From Pseudogymnoascus verrucosus (lineage: Eukaryota), in the NCBI GenBank assembly GCA_001662655.1, contig KV460208.1: a stretch of DNA of 64,000 nucleotides; one strand, 5' to 3'. Each line of letters starts with the position of its first letter. The stretch's first letter is position 1. Under the pieces are notes generated by a model. That model made no database searches and was not told where the DNA came from. It saw only the letters and a list, made by a program, of their open reading frames with translations. Position numbers and translations under genes: made by a program. This document shows, one piece after another, positions 63,356-64,000 of this stretch.

Positions 63356-64000
63356 CTAAAATCCCGTCACACAGTACTCCTTGTCATCATTTCGATCCCA
63401 GTTTTGCGGCCTTGTATCCCGTCTCGTGACGATGCCGTTGTATCTCGGCGGTGGGCTGCTAGGGGTATTCTGCTGATATTGATACTGGTATGGCACCACC
63501 TGCTGCTCGAAACGGCCATAGTTGTCTGTAGTATACCGCTCATCGTGCGTCGGATCATGCCTATCCCTTGGATGAAACCGTTCGCCAGACAGTGCGCCGT
63601 CGTAAGAATAGTCCAGTTGCGGATCTTCTTGCCAATCATACACTTCTTCCGGATTCTGCCTCGTGCCATGCGGAGATCGAGGTTCACGAGAGGCGATGTC
63701 GGATGTAGGGTTGTTGACGATCATCAGATATAGCACATCTGAATTCGCCTCAATGCTCTTAATGGACTTCAAAAGGCCCTGGTCCTTCCTATTTGCTGTG
63801 GATGAGCCAGAGCCATTCACGATACCCCGCACACCTGATATAAGTCGAGGGCGCCCACGTCCAAAACTTCCGCCATGGCCGGACCTCTCCGCTAGATTTG
63901 AAACAAGTCCGTGTATAAGATGCCCACGTTCGTTTCCATTATCCTTTGGCCCTCTACGGCCTTCCCTTTGAGCGTTTCGTTCCTCTTTTCTCGATCTTTT
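63356..64000 (-). CDS. 3' part of a hypothetical protein (5' end outside the window)
   Basis: The frame is open from the window edge (64000) through ORF 63356-63832 and contains DVLYLMIVNNP. Family not identified. Confidence 0.55.
   Translation of the reverse strand, partial: KRSRKEERNAQREGRRGPKDNGNERGHLIHGLVSNLAERSGHGGSFGRGRPRLISGVRGIVNGSGSSTANRKDQGLLKSIKSIEANSDVLYLMIVNNPTSDIASREPRSPHGTRQNPEEVYDWQEDPQLDYSYDGALSGERFHPRDRHDPTHDERYTTDNYGRFEQQVVPYQYQYQQNTPSSPPPRYNGIVTRRDTRPQNWDRNDDKEYCVTGF

Overview
Gene-dense, intron-containing eukaryotic DNA from a filamentous ascomycete (Pezizomycotina; short GT-AG introns with CTRAC branch sites). The window holds about 20 protein-coding genes, mostly housekeeping: sideroflexin, LAMMER kinase, Sec39, complex I subunit NDUFS5, GST, branchpoint-binding protein BBP/Msl5/SF1, class II cAMP phosphodiesterase, DUF4045 protein, ARL2, a GNAT protein, DRS1, App1, DIP2/CPS1, a bZIP factor, Stm1 and several hypothetical proteins. 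It also holds an intron-containing tRNA-Ala(AGC). NDUFS5 and ARL2 are absent from the ORF track and were rebuilt by hand from splice signals. No intact transposon, CRISPR array or secondary-metabolite cluster was seen. The strongest unexplained signal is in the BBP/SF1 gene. Its third intron, which splits the KH domain, and its 3' UTR are packed with copies of the branch-point motif that BBP itself binds, and every alternative acceptor in that intron gives a premature stop. This suggests an autoregulatory splicing circuit. Other leads are a Met-free, presequence-like N-terminal extension on App1, a NuSAP-like motif in a hypothetical protein, PPHLR repeats on the GNAT protein, an in-frame uORF on the bZIP gene, and a perfect 21-bp palindrome. 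All calls come from manual reading and recalled family motifs; no database search was run.
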